A stretch of 64,000 nucleotides of DNA from Stegostoma tigrinum (taxonomy: Eukaryota), in assembly GCF_030684315.1 (NCBI RefSeq), contig NC_081396.1:2232001-2296000 (forward strand). The letters run 5' to 3'. Each line of letters opens with the position of its first letter. Positions within the stretch are counted from its first letter, which is position 1. Below the pieces are notes generated by a model. That model saw only the letters and a program-made list of their open reading frames with translations. It was not told the DNA's origin and made no database searches. Positions 40,701 to 51,983 of the stretch are shown in pieces. The position numbers were made by a program, and so were the translations under genes.

Positions 40701-41377
40701 TATTTAACAGAATAATTTTTGTAATGGCTCAAGAACTTGGTGCTACAATTCCATACTGTCCACTTCTCCTTCCCAAATACAAAGAAATGTAAATTGGCCA
40801 CTCAACTTCTTCTGTTTCGACATATACCCTAGAAAATCATTGATGACACTCACAGCAGTGAACAGCTTCATGACATTTCATGAAAAAGACCCATATTTGA
40901 TCTGCGTGAAGTATAAACCGTGTTCCTGCCAGCATCCACACTCGTTGATGATTGTTTTGCAAGCTACTCACTGCAAAACTTTCAATAATGTTTTGCTGTT
41001 TTTCTTTTCTGGTTCACTAAATGGAATAATATTGTTCTAGATATGACTTATATTTGCTTTAGCTCACTGGTAAAACTCCAACAGAATATGTTATATTCCA
41101 ATACCATTAACAGTCATATTTTTAGGCTGGATGTTTAGTTGAATTTAGTAACTCTAGGCATCTGGTTTAAGTTACAAATATCACAGAGTTGCATGCTTCA
41201 CAAAGCGATGAATGAAACAGATAATTTAAGTGTAAGATAAAGAAGTAATTTGCCCGTTCTTCCATGTTCTGAAACACGCATTATCTAACTATACACGCTT
41301 TCTGTCTCTATCTCTGTCTCTGCCTCTGTCTCGATCTATCAATCTCTACCCTCACTCTCTCTTTCTCACTCTTACAG

Positions 41378-42255
41378 AGAATTTGACTGTGACTGCGACC
41401 CTATCTTGAAGAAGATGCGGCCTGTCTGAGTTTATGATTCTTTACCGGGTATCCACTGAGGTGACAGATCTTCTGATCATGGCCACCCAAGTTATAACAA
41501 ATCAGATTACTGAGATTTATTTCCATACATTTTCCCGTTCACTACTCAAGTTTGCAATCTCTGTACAGTCTTAACTTCTACTGATGTAGACAGTTTTACT
41601 TGGTTAACTGTCATTTTTCACTTCTGGTCAATTTGTGATTATTTCTTGGCAGAAACTGAAAGGAAAATATTGCACCAAAAAAGACAACACCATGGCTGCT
41701 ATGAATCGTATCAGTTAAGCATAGTATGCAAGTGCATTTTTTCATATTGCGCATGAACCTCTGAACACACTTTAAAATGTACCCTAGTTCTGAAAACTGA
41801 AAGTAATATCTTACTTGTTGCCTTTATGGACAGCATATGACGTGATTCGACACATTTTCGAATGCCTCCTGCCATTCGTTCTGACTTTACTACTCAATGG
41901 TCTGATCGTTAGACGCATTCTTGTAGCCGGTAAAGCCTGCAGAAGATTCCAGGTCCAGAATCACTGAGAGAATTCGAGTGACCCAGACATGGGGATATGG
42001 CGGGAGTCTATTGTTTTGCACAATGCCATTTCAGACAGTTTCCTCTTATTGCATTGGCTATCTCGGATATCGAATCATCAAGACTGAATAGCAAAGTGAC
42101 CTATTTCTCAGATTTCAGTAAGTTAAAATTGATCCTTGAGGAAGATGGAATTATGCTTTTGTTATTTGTGTTCCTGCACATACCCGTTATTTTATGCTGG
42201 AATGCATAATAAATTCAGAGTCGAGTTAAAACAGAGGCTGAAAATATCCATTGTA
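41378..42255 (+). pseudogene. GPR139/142-like GPCR pseudogene (exon 2 equivalent), missed by the ORF track
   Basis: After a pyrimidine tract and AG: NLTVTATLS*RRCGLSEFMILYRVSTEVTDLLIM...EIYF...WQKLKGKYCTKK...PLWTAYD...LLPFVLTLLLNGLIVRRILVA...DPDMG..RESIVL...NKFRVELK. Colinear with 30235-31133; many stops and frameshifts. Confidence 0.88.
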
Positions 42256-43499
42256 CCGATGTTCAAATGATTCGAAATTCGAAAATGGGAATATTCTATG
42301 TCAATGCTTCACAAGTATCATGTAACAACTCGAACAGGAAATTTACAACTTAAACAAGCAGAATTTGGAGTAGCAATTAGTGGCATCAGAACTTCTGTAC
42401 GGTTTATTTACTTAATGACTTTTAGTGTCACCAGAAAAACCAACATTTATTGTCCTGTATAATTACAGGCATATTAAAAATTGAGATGGTGACTGGTTTA
42501 AAATAAATAGAAATACTGTCTTCTTTAAAGTTCACTCAGGCAGAGTTGCGTTTATTCAATGGATGTTAACGGTCTATCCTCCAAGTAACTAAGGTATTTT
42601 CCACAGTGACATAAATTGAGGCACGGCCCAATATTTTAAGACCGAAATTAGGAAAGATTGCAGTGATAAATCAGACAGACTCCTGCGTCAGGTAAGTAGA
42701 AATTGTCAATTGTGATAATACTTTTAAAAACACAACACAATAGTACCTGAGGCAGAAATGTTCTTGTACTCAGTAAGAAAGTTATCTATCACTCAGAGTG
42801 CAACCTCAGCAGCTCGCTGGAAAGTCAGTTAGCTTCAGCATCGACATAGTCCAACTGGTGAATATATTCATTGTCTGGAGCTCGAAATAGGCTTGAGTAA
42901 GAACTGTTTTATTCGGAAAACGTGAATGTCCCCACAGAAGAATCCCAGGCTGTGAGTCTGGATGTTGACTGTGTCAGAATCTATTGTTGTTGCTGCAAAT
43001 GGGTTCATAGGAACAGATGAGAATCGCTGCTTCTCTGTCGGTCTAAACATCTGAGGGTAGCAGCTGAGTGACAGAATCCTCGTTACCCGGTTGTGAAAAA
43101 AAAGTTCAATGAGGAAAAGATCAGAGCAGCAGATATTTCAAAATCAGATTCAAACCGCATTCAGGAAATTGGAGAAGTGATGTGTTCAGTTGTAATTACC
43201 TGTCAGAAATGCCACCTACGTAGCCAAGACCCAAGCAGCTATGCTGCCCTGTACACTCTATGCAAGGACAGAGGATATTTGAAGACATTAGTTCTAATCC
43301 CAATCCTCAACAGCCCAGATTTATCTTGTGCGCCCAGAATGCAATCAGACAAATAAAGAGTGTGTTAGGTCCCAGTGAATGGACGCATTTAGAAATAGGC
43401 TAACACCAGCGATCACATAAGAAGGATTTTTCCACTTTAGGGATGTAGTTCTAAGCTGAAACACATGCCAACTCTTTTAATTCATTATTTTATGGGACT

Positions 43500-45250
43500 A
43501 GGATGCCGTTGTGTTGTCACCATTTACTTCTCATCCTTTCTTTCACAAAAGACCTGGTGACAATCTGCAATCTATCTTCTACATTTACATACAAGTCATT
43601 AATGTACATAGAAAGTAGCAAGGGCCCACAACCTATCCCTGCATAAGGTCCATGGTCAGAGACTTCCAATGAATATAAGAACGTTCCACCATCACGTTTT
43701 GCCTCGTATTTACATGTCAATTTTTGATCTACTTTGCCAACTTGCTTTTGATCCCATCGGTTCTTACCTTTTGGACCAACATTCCATTTGGACGCCTTAC
43801 TGAAGTCCAAATAAACCACTTCGAATGCATTGCCTCCAATGATATATTTGGCCTGTTTTCCAAAAATGTTCAATTAAATTAACCTGACATGATCCCTACT
43901 AACAATTTTATACTAATTATCCCTGGCCACCCAATGCCTTTCCATGAGCGAATTAATCCTGTCCCTCGGAATTTTCTTTTTCGAATACGGATGTTGAACG
44001 AAATGTTCTGTAATAATCTGCTATTACTGTTTCCCTTCTTAAACAAAGGAGCCACATTAGAGATTGACCAGTTAGCTGACAGTCCACCAGAAGCCAGTGA
44101 AATATTGAACGTATCCGCCAGGCTGTAAACAATCACTTAACTTGGCTCCCATAGTAGCATGGGCGTATCTTATCAAGCCTTTGGAATCTATCTATCCATA
44201 TGCTGGATGATAAAAATTCTCATTCCTCATGCTCATAAATCTCAACGTGTTCTAGAAACTCACCAACGCAAACTGAAATCCCCAGCAAGTGACGATGTGT
44301 CCCTCTCCATTGTGAATGCTGATGAGATGCAGTCGTTTAAGAACCCACCCATTGAATATAAATACAGGTTGTCCCATTTAGCGCTAACAGGCACCATTCG
44401 TTCCTGGGAACACTTCTTTCTCCTTAAATAATTGTAAAATGCCTTAAGATCTTCTTTGATCACATCTGCCTAAGATACTTCGTTAACCCCCTGTTCCACC
44501 TGGCTTCATTTCTAAGAATACCCCACAGGCTATAATTCAGAATGGTTTTAAATTTTTTTTTAGTACAAAGTAACTGACATATGTTTCCTTCCTTTTCTTT
44601 ATCAAACAGTTACATCCCCTCATATCTACGATTCAGCAAACGCACGACTCATATCCCTCACACTTAGAGGAACACACTGAACCTGATTCCTCGTGAAACT
44701 ACTTTTAAAATATTCCCCACTTTTCAATGTAGACGTATCTACAAGGCGCTGATCCTAGTAACTTCCAGTAACTGGCTAATGATTTTGAACGCGAGTTTCC
44801 TCCAATATAGGTCGTTACCTTCTGCACTATTCATATCCCTTTCCAAAATGGGTTTGCAACTTGAAGACTCCTGGGAACTATTCCCAAAATGCTCACCCAC
44901 TGACACTTCAACAACTTGACCGACTTCATTCCCTACAATTAGGTCTACTGATGCCCCATCAGCAGATTACCAAGAAGCGCATATAAGCATTCAGATGGAT
45001 TACAATAGGGTGTGGGTACAAAAAAAAGCAAATTCTTTGGAGCTGCTTTACCTTCCAATTCATTTGACAACCAAAGTCATTACGAAAAGTGGCTTCAGTT
45101 ATCACATGCCAAACGTATCTCATATTTCCATGGTGATATTCGCACCATTTTCTATACCTTCCATTGGCTTCTCCTGTACAAATTCTGTTATCAGATGCCA
45201 ATCCTCCAATATGTGTATGGTTTTGCACAATGGTGTTTATTTCCCCAGAA
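43500..45250 (-). mobile_element. CR1-type LINE ORF2 remnant
   Basis: Minus-strand fragments IKEDLKAFYNYLRRK, WSISNVAPLFKKG, VVYLDFSKA, GPLLLSMYINDL. Confidence 0.82.
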
Positions 45251-46895
45251 TCATAATTCGTTCATGACATTCACGAAAGTTCAATGCTAATCATTTCACT
45301 TTGCAAAACATAGAGGTTGTCAATAAAATTCAATGTTTCCATACACAGAATGTTCCACCTCTTTCCACCCAGTACAACTATAACATTCTCACCGCATTTG
45401 CCTCTGTGTGATTATGACTAGATGACCAACCTTGGCTATTGTTGGTTCCATTCATTCGACATTTGACACAACTGACTGACTGTGGAAGCAGGCTTGTTGC
45501 TTCGGGTGATCAGTGAGAGACCCCCATCTAGCGTACATTACTGGAATTCACAAACTAGATCGTTGTAGTATTCGATCCACCTGGACAGCACTGTCAGGCG
45601 TTCAGGGCACATGTCTCTTTCGGTTTATTTTCTTCGTGCAAGTTAACAGAAAATATTTATTGTAATCATCCTCCATGTATCTTCAGCAAGCATCCCCAAA
45701 TTCCCCCGGGGAAAACGGATTCGCCAGCGTACGTTGCCAAATAATGGCAGTTATGCTTTGTATGCTCTCCCTTCTGTGTTGTTAATTCAGATGGAATTTG
45801 CGACACAATCACTGCCATTGTTCTCTCTATCACAAATACAAAATATTTATTGGTCAGTGAATGAAAGCAACCCTGGAAAACATGCTTGCAATTAAAAATT
45901 AAAACTCACTAGTCATAAAAGTCATTATTACTGGTGAGGAACACAAAAAGCAAATGTCATCTGTTTATATTTTGATAGAAACTCCGGAAATATTTTAAAT
46001 GTGTTGACTCTCCTAAATTGATAATAAAGTGTAATCAGAATCAGGCTTCACTTACTGAGAGGATGAAGGCATTTTCTATATACAGAACTGAATGTCTTAT
46101 CAGAGCAGATAACAGTTGTGCATCTAGCAATGCGTTTTGTCGACTTTAACTTCCTCAGATCATTTCTGCCTTTTTTTTCACCTTCTGAGTCTCCGTTTGC
46201 TTCTGTCTTTCTGCACTGATTTCTGCCTTACCCGGGTGAGACAGTATTATGGAAACAGACATTGCCTCTGCTGTGAAGTCATAGCAGTGCATCTGGTCTG
46301 GATTGCACGTGACTCCCTACCGGCAGTAATGTGGTTTATTCTTAACTGCTCGGCTTTCTTTTAGGGTCGGGCAATATCTATTGACAGTCACATATCTTCA
46401 ATCAAACCTTGGGAATGAATGTAGAATTTAACTGAGTGGACAGGTACAATTACATAACCAAATCCGCCAACATGAGATGTGAGCACACTGAATTTTCACT
46501 TTGATACCAAATTGAAAGTGAAACAATAAATGCTGTTAATGTTTGTTTACGTTCAATGAAACCTTAAATCAGATTCAATGAATCCAAAATGGCAAAGATT
46601 ATTGTAGTTGAACACATGACTGAGATCATGTCTTGTTGAAGCATTCAATAACTGCTACACAGTCACATTGAGGGAGAAAGAAAGGAAAAGAGAAAGTGGG
46701 GGAAGAGAATGGGAGAGAAAGGCAGAGATGGAAGGAGTTGGAGAGACAGGCAGAGATAGAGGCAAAGCGATACAGAGACAGACAGACAGAGAAAGCAAGC
46801 CTGTTCGAAAGTATGAGAGAAGGAGTGATCCTTTTCCGTTGTGACTTCAACAGGCCTATATTGGAGACAGTCAGTCCCTGAGTGTTTACGTTGTA

Positions 46896-46903
46896 TGACG
46901 TCT
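46896..46903 (+). promoter_or_regulatory. CRE-like element in the promoter of the divergent V
   Basis: TGACGTCT ~140 bp upstream of the ATG. Confidence 0.4.
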
Positions 46904-47043
46904 AATATCCACATCCAATAATAATGTGCTTGTTGAGAATGCCTCAGATCAGTCTCTAACTTAAAATTCTCCCCATCAACATCTTTGAGACTCTGTCTGG
47001 GCGGTAAACCTGATTGATTCGCCTGCTATTCGGCATCACCGCC

Positions 47044-47472
47044 ATGAGCAGAAAGGCTTGCAATGAACTGTTTCCAGGTGCAGTTCTGATGTTCTTGATC
47101 TTGCGTAAGTTTAATTTTGCTGTAAGTAACTTGTTTTACCTATGTCTCTCAATACCCAGTTGTGTCTGAGGCATGTTTCTTTTGTTGCAGCAATTCTGTG
47201 TAAGGATCAGACCTCACAGGTTAACCAAGAGCTATCTCTGGAAGGGGAACCGGTTGAATTACATTGTCAACTCTCCATTGCTGCTGGTGATAATGTAGCC
47301 TGGTACAAACAAACACTAACAAGAGCTCCAACATTTCTCGGCTACATATACAAAGGCAACATGACAATTGGCCGCTACACACTTTCATTTGAGAGAGCAA
47401 AGAAGACTAATACCATTTCTATAGATCGCAGTCTGTTCGAGGACACTGGAGTGTATTATTGCGCTACGTGGG
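47044..47472 (+). CDS. Intact, divergent antigen-receptor V gene segment (leader 47044-47104, V exon 47191-47472); family uncertain
   Basis: GTAAGT donor and TGCAG acceptor, phase 1. Open frame: MSRKACNELFPGAVLMFLILPILCKDQTSQVNQELSLEGEPVELHCQLSIAAGDNVAWYKQTLTRAPTFLGYIYKGNMTIGRYTLSFERAKKTNTISIDRSLFEDTGVYYCATW. Confidence 0.9.
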
Positions 47473-47511
47473 CACAGTGAAACAACCAGTGGATCTGTCC
47501 ATACAATATCT
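47473..47511 (+). promoter_or_regulatory. 23-bp spacer RSS
   Basis: Perfect CACAGTG (47473-47479), 23 nt, ACAATATCT (47503-47511). Confidence 0.88.
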
Positions 47512-47764
47512 TGCGTTGTGTTTTGTCTCTGCTCCCTGTAAACTTTTGCCAAGTCAAGAATTTTACAGATACAGTGATCTCAGAAATCATGTTTTTAAAT
47601 GTGTAAACTTTCTGGTGGATTAATTCACAAAACCTTATGACAATTTGTAGTGAATTGCATTAAACCATACTTTCTGCGTACAAAATATTAAATGTGAATG
47701 ATAAAGAGAAAAGGAGTGCTGTCTTTTTGTGGATGGGCACATAGATAGATAGATAGATAGATAG

Positions 47765-47980
47765 ATACAAACAAAAACAAAGTTGCTGGAAAAGCTCAGC
47801 AGATCTGGCAGCATCTGTGGAGAGAAAACAGATGTTTCGAGTCCGGCGACCATTCCTCAGAACTCACCGGACCCGAAATGTTAACTCTGTTTTCTTCTCC
47901 ACAGATGCTGCCAGGCCTGCTGAGCTTTTCCAGCAACTTTGTTTTGTTCCTGACTTACAGCATCCGGAGTTCTTTTGGTT
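47765..47980. mobile_element. Palindromic Penelope-type short element inserted in a (GATA)n tract
   Basis: Inverted arms AAAGTTGCTGGAAAAGCTCAGCAG / CTGCTGAGCTTTTCCAGCAACTTT; related single arm at 38360-38490. Confidence 0.75.
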
Positions 47981-50149
47981 GATAGATAAATAAATAGAGA
48001 GACAGAGATAGATGGATAATGTTTATTTCACTTGTGTCCTGCGGTATTTTTTTTTGTATTTTGAACGTATTCAGATTTGATCATGTTTTGCAGTTACTTC
48101 TTTTCATCCTGAGACATTCTTGACATCACTTTATCAGGGCAATAATATTTTGGCCTCGAATGATTGTATTTTGCTGCGGCCACTTCTGCTATTCCATTCC
48201 TGAATACCCCTTCTCCACATTAAGGGATGAAAGAGTTGTTGAAATATACAGTATCTGTGGATGGTAAGAACAAGTCTCACTGCGAATACGATTCAGCTGT
48301 CAGGTACTACAGTGAATAAACGTGCAATAAAGCACAATGAAACAAAGAAACGATAGACCTGTGGTCACTCTGCTCACGATGGAGGAGACAAAAGGATAGT
48401 GAACAGAATAAAAGAGAGCGACACAGGAATAAATGTTCAAATATATCACATAAAAGCACATTGTACGTGCAACTCAATACATTTATGTCCGATACTGACA
48501 CGAACAGGAAAGGTTTAGCGAACTGTGGGTCTCGCTGTATTTCTGGTGCCCCTGCTGACAGCTGGGAATTCCCAGAAATGTGTTGCATGTGATGTCTCAC
48601 TGCATAAAATGTACTATTGAGAGTCAGGGGAATACGCTGCACGTTTGAAGTATACTAAGAACGTATGAGGTTGCTTGCGTGTTCTTACAGGTCAGTCATC
48701 TGAGCTCTAGCAAATCTCTGCTGGAGCTCCTGGAACTATTGCCAGACTCATTTGATGCCCGCTAAATGAGCACGCTCTTTTATTTGAAGTCACCCACTCG
48801 TGGACTCTGCAAATTGCAGGAGATGTTGCGCCTATTATGGGCCTGCAATAGCTACCAGTCCTGATGTCCAAGAAGACATCATTTTATTTGACAATTGTAA
48901 ATATTAAGCAACATTTGTGACTTCTCCGCCACTGAAGCAGTTCGTGCCTACAATCAGCAGGAGCTGGGAATCAAACACACATCTCCTGAACAGTTTCAAG
49001 TAATATTCACGTCACACTACCCGCCAGGTTGTTAACATTTTCAACAAAAGGGAATCGAACACGTATCCCTGAACTTAAATGTCATTACCACCAATGAAAC
49101 CATATTTTCAAGGTCCTGGAGATTTCCATTCACCAGAACTGGACGTGATATTTTAATGTTACAGTAGCAGGAGTATATCAAGAAGTGAAATTGTAAAGGA
49201 AATACCTCACCTACAGTTTCCCCACACCCTCTCACCACCTACCTACAAGGTAGAAGTCAGGAGTGTGATGGAATGTTCTTCAGTTAACTGGTACAGACGA
49301 GCTCCAACAGCATAAAGGAAGCTCGAGACCACTCAGGACTAAATACTTCGCTAAAAGCAGTCAGAGGAGAGCGAGAAGAAAGCGTTTACTGTGAAGTAAT
49401 AGCAATTCTGTGCGAAGGAAATGTTTACGCTTATGTGTGTAGGATGGAGATGGGATTGAAACTGTTCATTTAGGCTCGGATAGAAATTTATTGTCAACAG
49501 TTATCACAGAATGATTTAAAGCACTAACTGGTAAAACGAATACAGTTTGCAAACATAAACTGTCTCTGCAGAGAAACCCGTTCATTTTGTGCAATCCGCG
49601 ATCTTCTAAAATGATTTGTCACCTATTTTGTTTTGGTGTGCAGGTGCGGCACCGTGTAGTGAATATAAGGAAAAACTTAAGGACAAAAATGGCAATCTTA
49701 TTTCTGCACTGAGCTGGGATTACCCCAAACCTGGTGATCAAAATACTAAGATAGACAGATGCAACAACTCGTGCAGGTTTTACTATGGGGTCATGACTTC
49801 TATCCGATCCAGGGCCTCTCTGCACAATAATAGATCACCCGTCCTCCACAGTTAGGTTGCCTAACTTGTGATAACCAGACTTTGAATACTTACCTGCAAA
49901 TCAAATGTATTGTTCAGAGATTTCGGTCTCTTTTCAGCTCTACTTTGATAATGACAAGCTTGAAGACCAATCCGTGTTCTGTCATTACTGTCCCTTGGTG
50001 ATAGAATGCAGTACTGTATGTTCACAATATAAGGTCATCAAACCCTCCTCTGACGCAGTTGTAATCATTACAGTCTGAGTTGTACTCTCTGTACATAGTA
50101 CACCTCTGATGGTAGAGGTACTAACGTTTGGATGTCAAATGGAAATTAC

Positions 50150-50497
50150 AGAACATAGAACATTACAGCACAGTACAGGCCCTTCAGCCCTCGATGTTGT
50201 GCCGACCTGTCATAGTGATCTCAAGCCCATCTAACCTACAATATTCCATGTATGTCCATATGCTTATCCAATGACGACTTAAATGTACCTAAAGTTGGCG
50301 AATCTACTACCGTTGGAGGCAAAGCGTTCCATTCCCTTACTACTCTCTGAGTAAAGAAACTACCTCTGACATCTGTCCTATATCTTTCACCCCTCAATTT
50401 AAAGCTGTGCCCCCTCGTGCTCACCATCCTAGGAAAAAGGCTCTCCCTATCCACCCTATCTAACCCTCTGATTATTTTATATGTTTCAATTAAGTCG
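50150..50497 (-). mobile_element. Young CR1 LINE 3' end
   Basis: ORF 50236-50454 (LFP..STRGHSFKL..RYRTDVRGSFFTQRVVREWNALP...FKSSLDKHM) is a typical CR1 ORF2 C-terminus, with a short tandem-repeat tail. Confidence 0.85.
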
Positions 50498-51564
50498 TAT
50501 AATTAAATTATGTTCATATGTGTCTATCTTTAAGATAGTAAGCAAATATTCATTCATGAAACAGCCAATAATTTGTGCACATCTGATCACTACTTACATC
50601 AGATTCCATTAGAAATGTCATAATAACTATTTGGATTATTTTAATGTAAGTTTAATTAAATATAAATGAACACAGTCCAGCATTTACTCTCCAACAAAAC
50701 AAGCAATGTTACTACAAGCAGGCCCAAGTAAATCTCTCCCAGAGAATTGCCTGATCTGATGCTTCAGATAGTCAAGGACGAATTTGACTGCTGTTTCGAA
50801 GATGTTAAGCTGGAAAAGTTTGAAGACTGCCATTCCATGAGAAGATTCAATGATTCTGACTCAAATAGTCATAAAACGCACAGTTGTTCCCCACTGAAGC
50901 AGATCTGCCGTTCCAACTTGTCCATGCCGACCAGATATCTGAAACCAATCAAGTCTCATTGTTCAGCATTTGGCCTGGATCCCTCTAAACCCTTCCTATT
51001 CATATGCCCATACACATGCGTTTTATACGTTGTAATTTTATCCTCCGCCACCACTTCCTATGGAAGCTGGTTCCGTACATGCACCATCCTTTGAGTGAAA
51101 AAGTTGCTCCTTGGGTCACTCGAACAGTGAGCAGGTGCTAAGTAATCACAGACTTCCAGATTCAAACCTTGTTCTTTCCGTTTCAACTGATCTGATCACA
51201 GCTGAGAGCCACCACACAATTGGTAGATTTTTGTGTCTACAGTATTCCTGACCACAGCTTCCATTTGTTGGTCTCACTCTGACACAGACAGGATACATTT
51301 CTGTCGTCATTGCACTGTAGTCATTAGTTGGACGAGCAATGCAACGGAGCTAAGAATCCGACAGAGACTCTACTGTCTTTTTTGTATCGATATAGTAATG
51401 ATTTCGAATAGACGTGAAATTAAAGGGCTTCAAAGCAGAGACATTGGAATTGGAAGTCAAATAAGCAAACCATAATGATATGGAGGGGAAGAAAGGGACA
51501 GAAAATAAGGCAACTAGGGAAATGCAGATGAGTAACATTGGAACAAAAAAATGTGAAGCACAGA

Positions 51565-51983
51565 GATAACAAGAACTGCAGGTACGGGAGTTAGAGATAA
51601 TAAAATATGTAAGTGTAGGAACACAGCAGGCCAGGTAGCATCCGAGGAACAGGAACGCTGACTTTTCCACTCGGGGCCCATCTTCAGAAATGGGGAGGGA
51701 GAGAGGAGTTCATAAATAATGAGAGAGAGGAGGGAAGGGGCTGGAAGAGGTAAGTGGGATGGTGATAGGTGAGTGCATATAGGTAGTGGTCAGGATAGGT
51801 CAGTGAGGTGGGTGTGGCGGATGAGAAGATGGGCGGGTTATATCAGGTCAAGGAGGCAGAAATGAGAGGGAGAGTTGGTCATGGGATGAGACCTGGCATG
51901 GGTTACCCTAAACATCAGCTTTCCTTTTCCTCTGACGCAGCTTGTGCCTGCTGTGTTCCTCTAGCAGCACACTTTGTTGTCCG
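51565..51983. mobile_element. Diverged Penelope-like fragment with inverted terminal portion
   Basis: GGAACACAGCAGG arm, purine-rich spacer, then inverted CCTGCTGTGTTCC arm. Confidence 0.65.

Noticed and set aside
42770-43090. Faint Ig-V-like words (SITQS, GKSVSF, LNI..QLSD)
   Set aside because: Scattered over frames, without Cys or RSS.
48300-48345. GGTACTACAGTG, resembling a shark IgH D core
   Set aside because: No correctly spaced flanking RSS.
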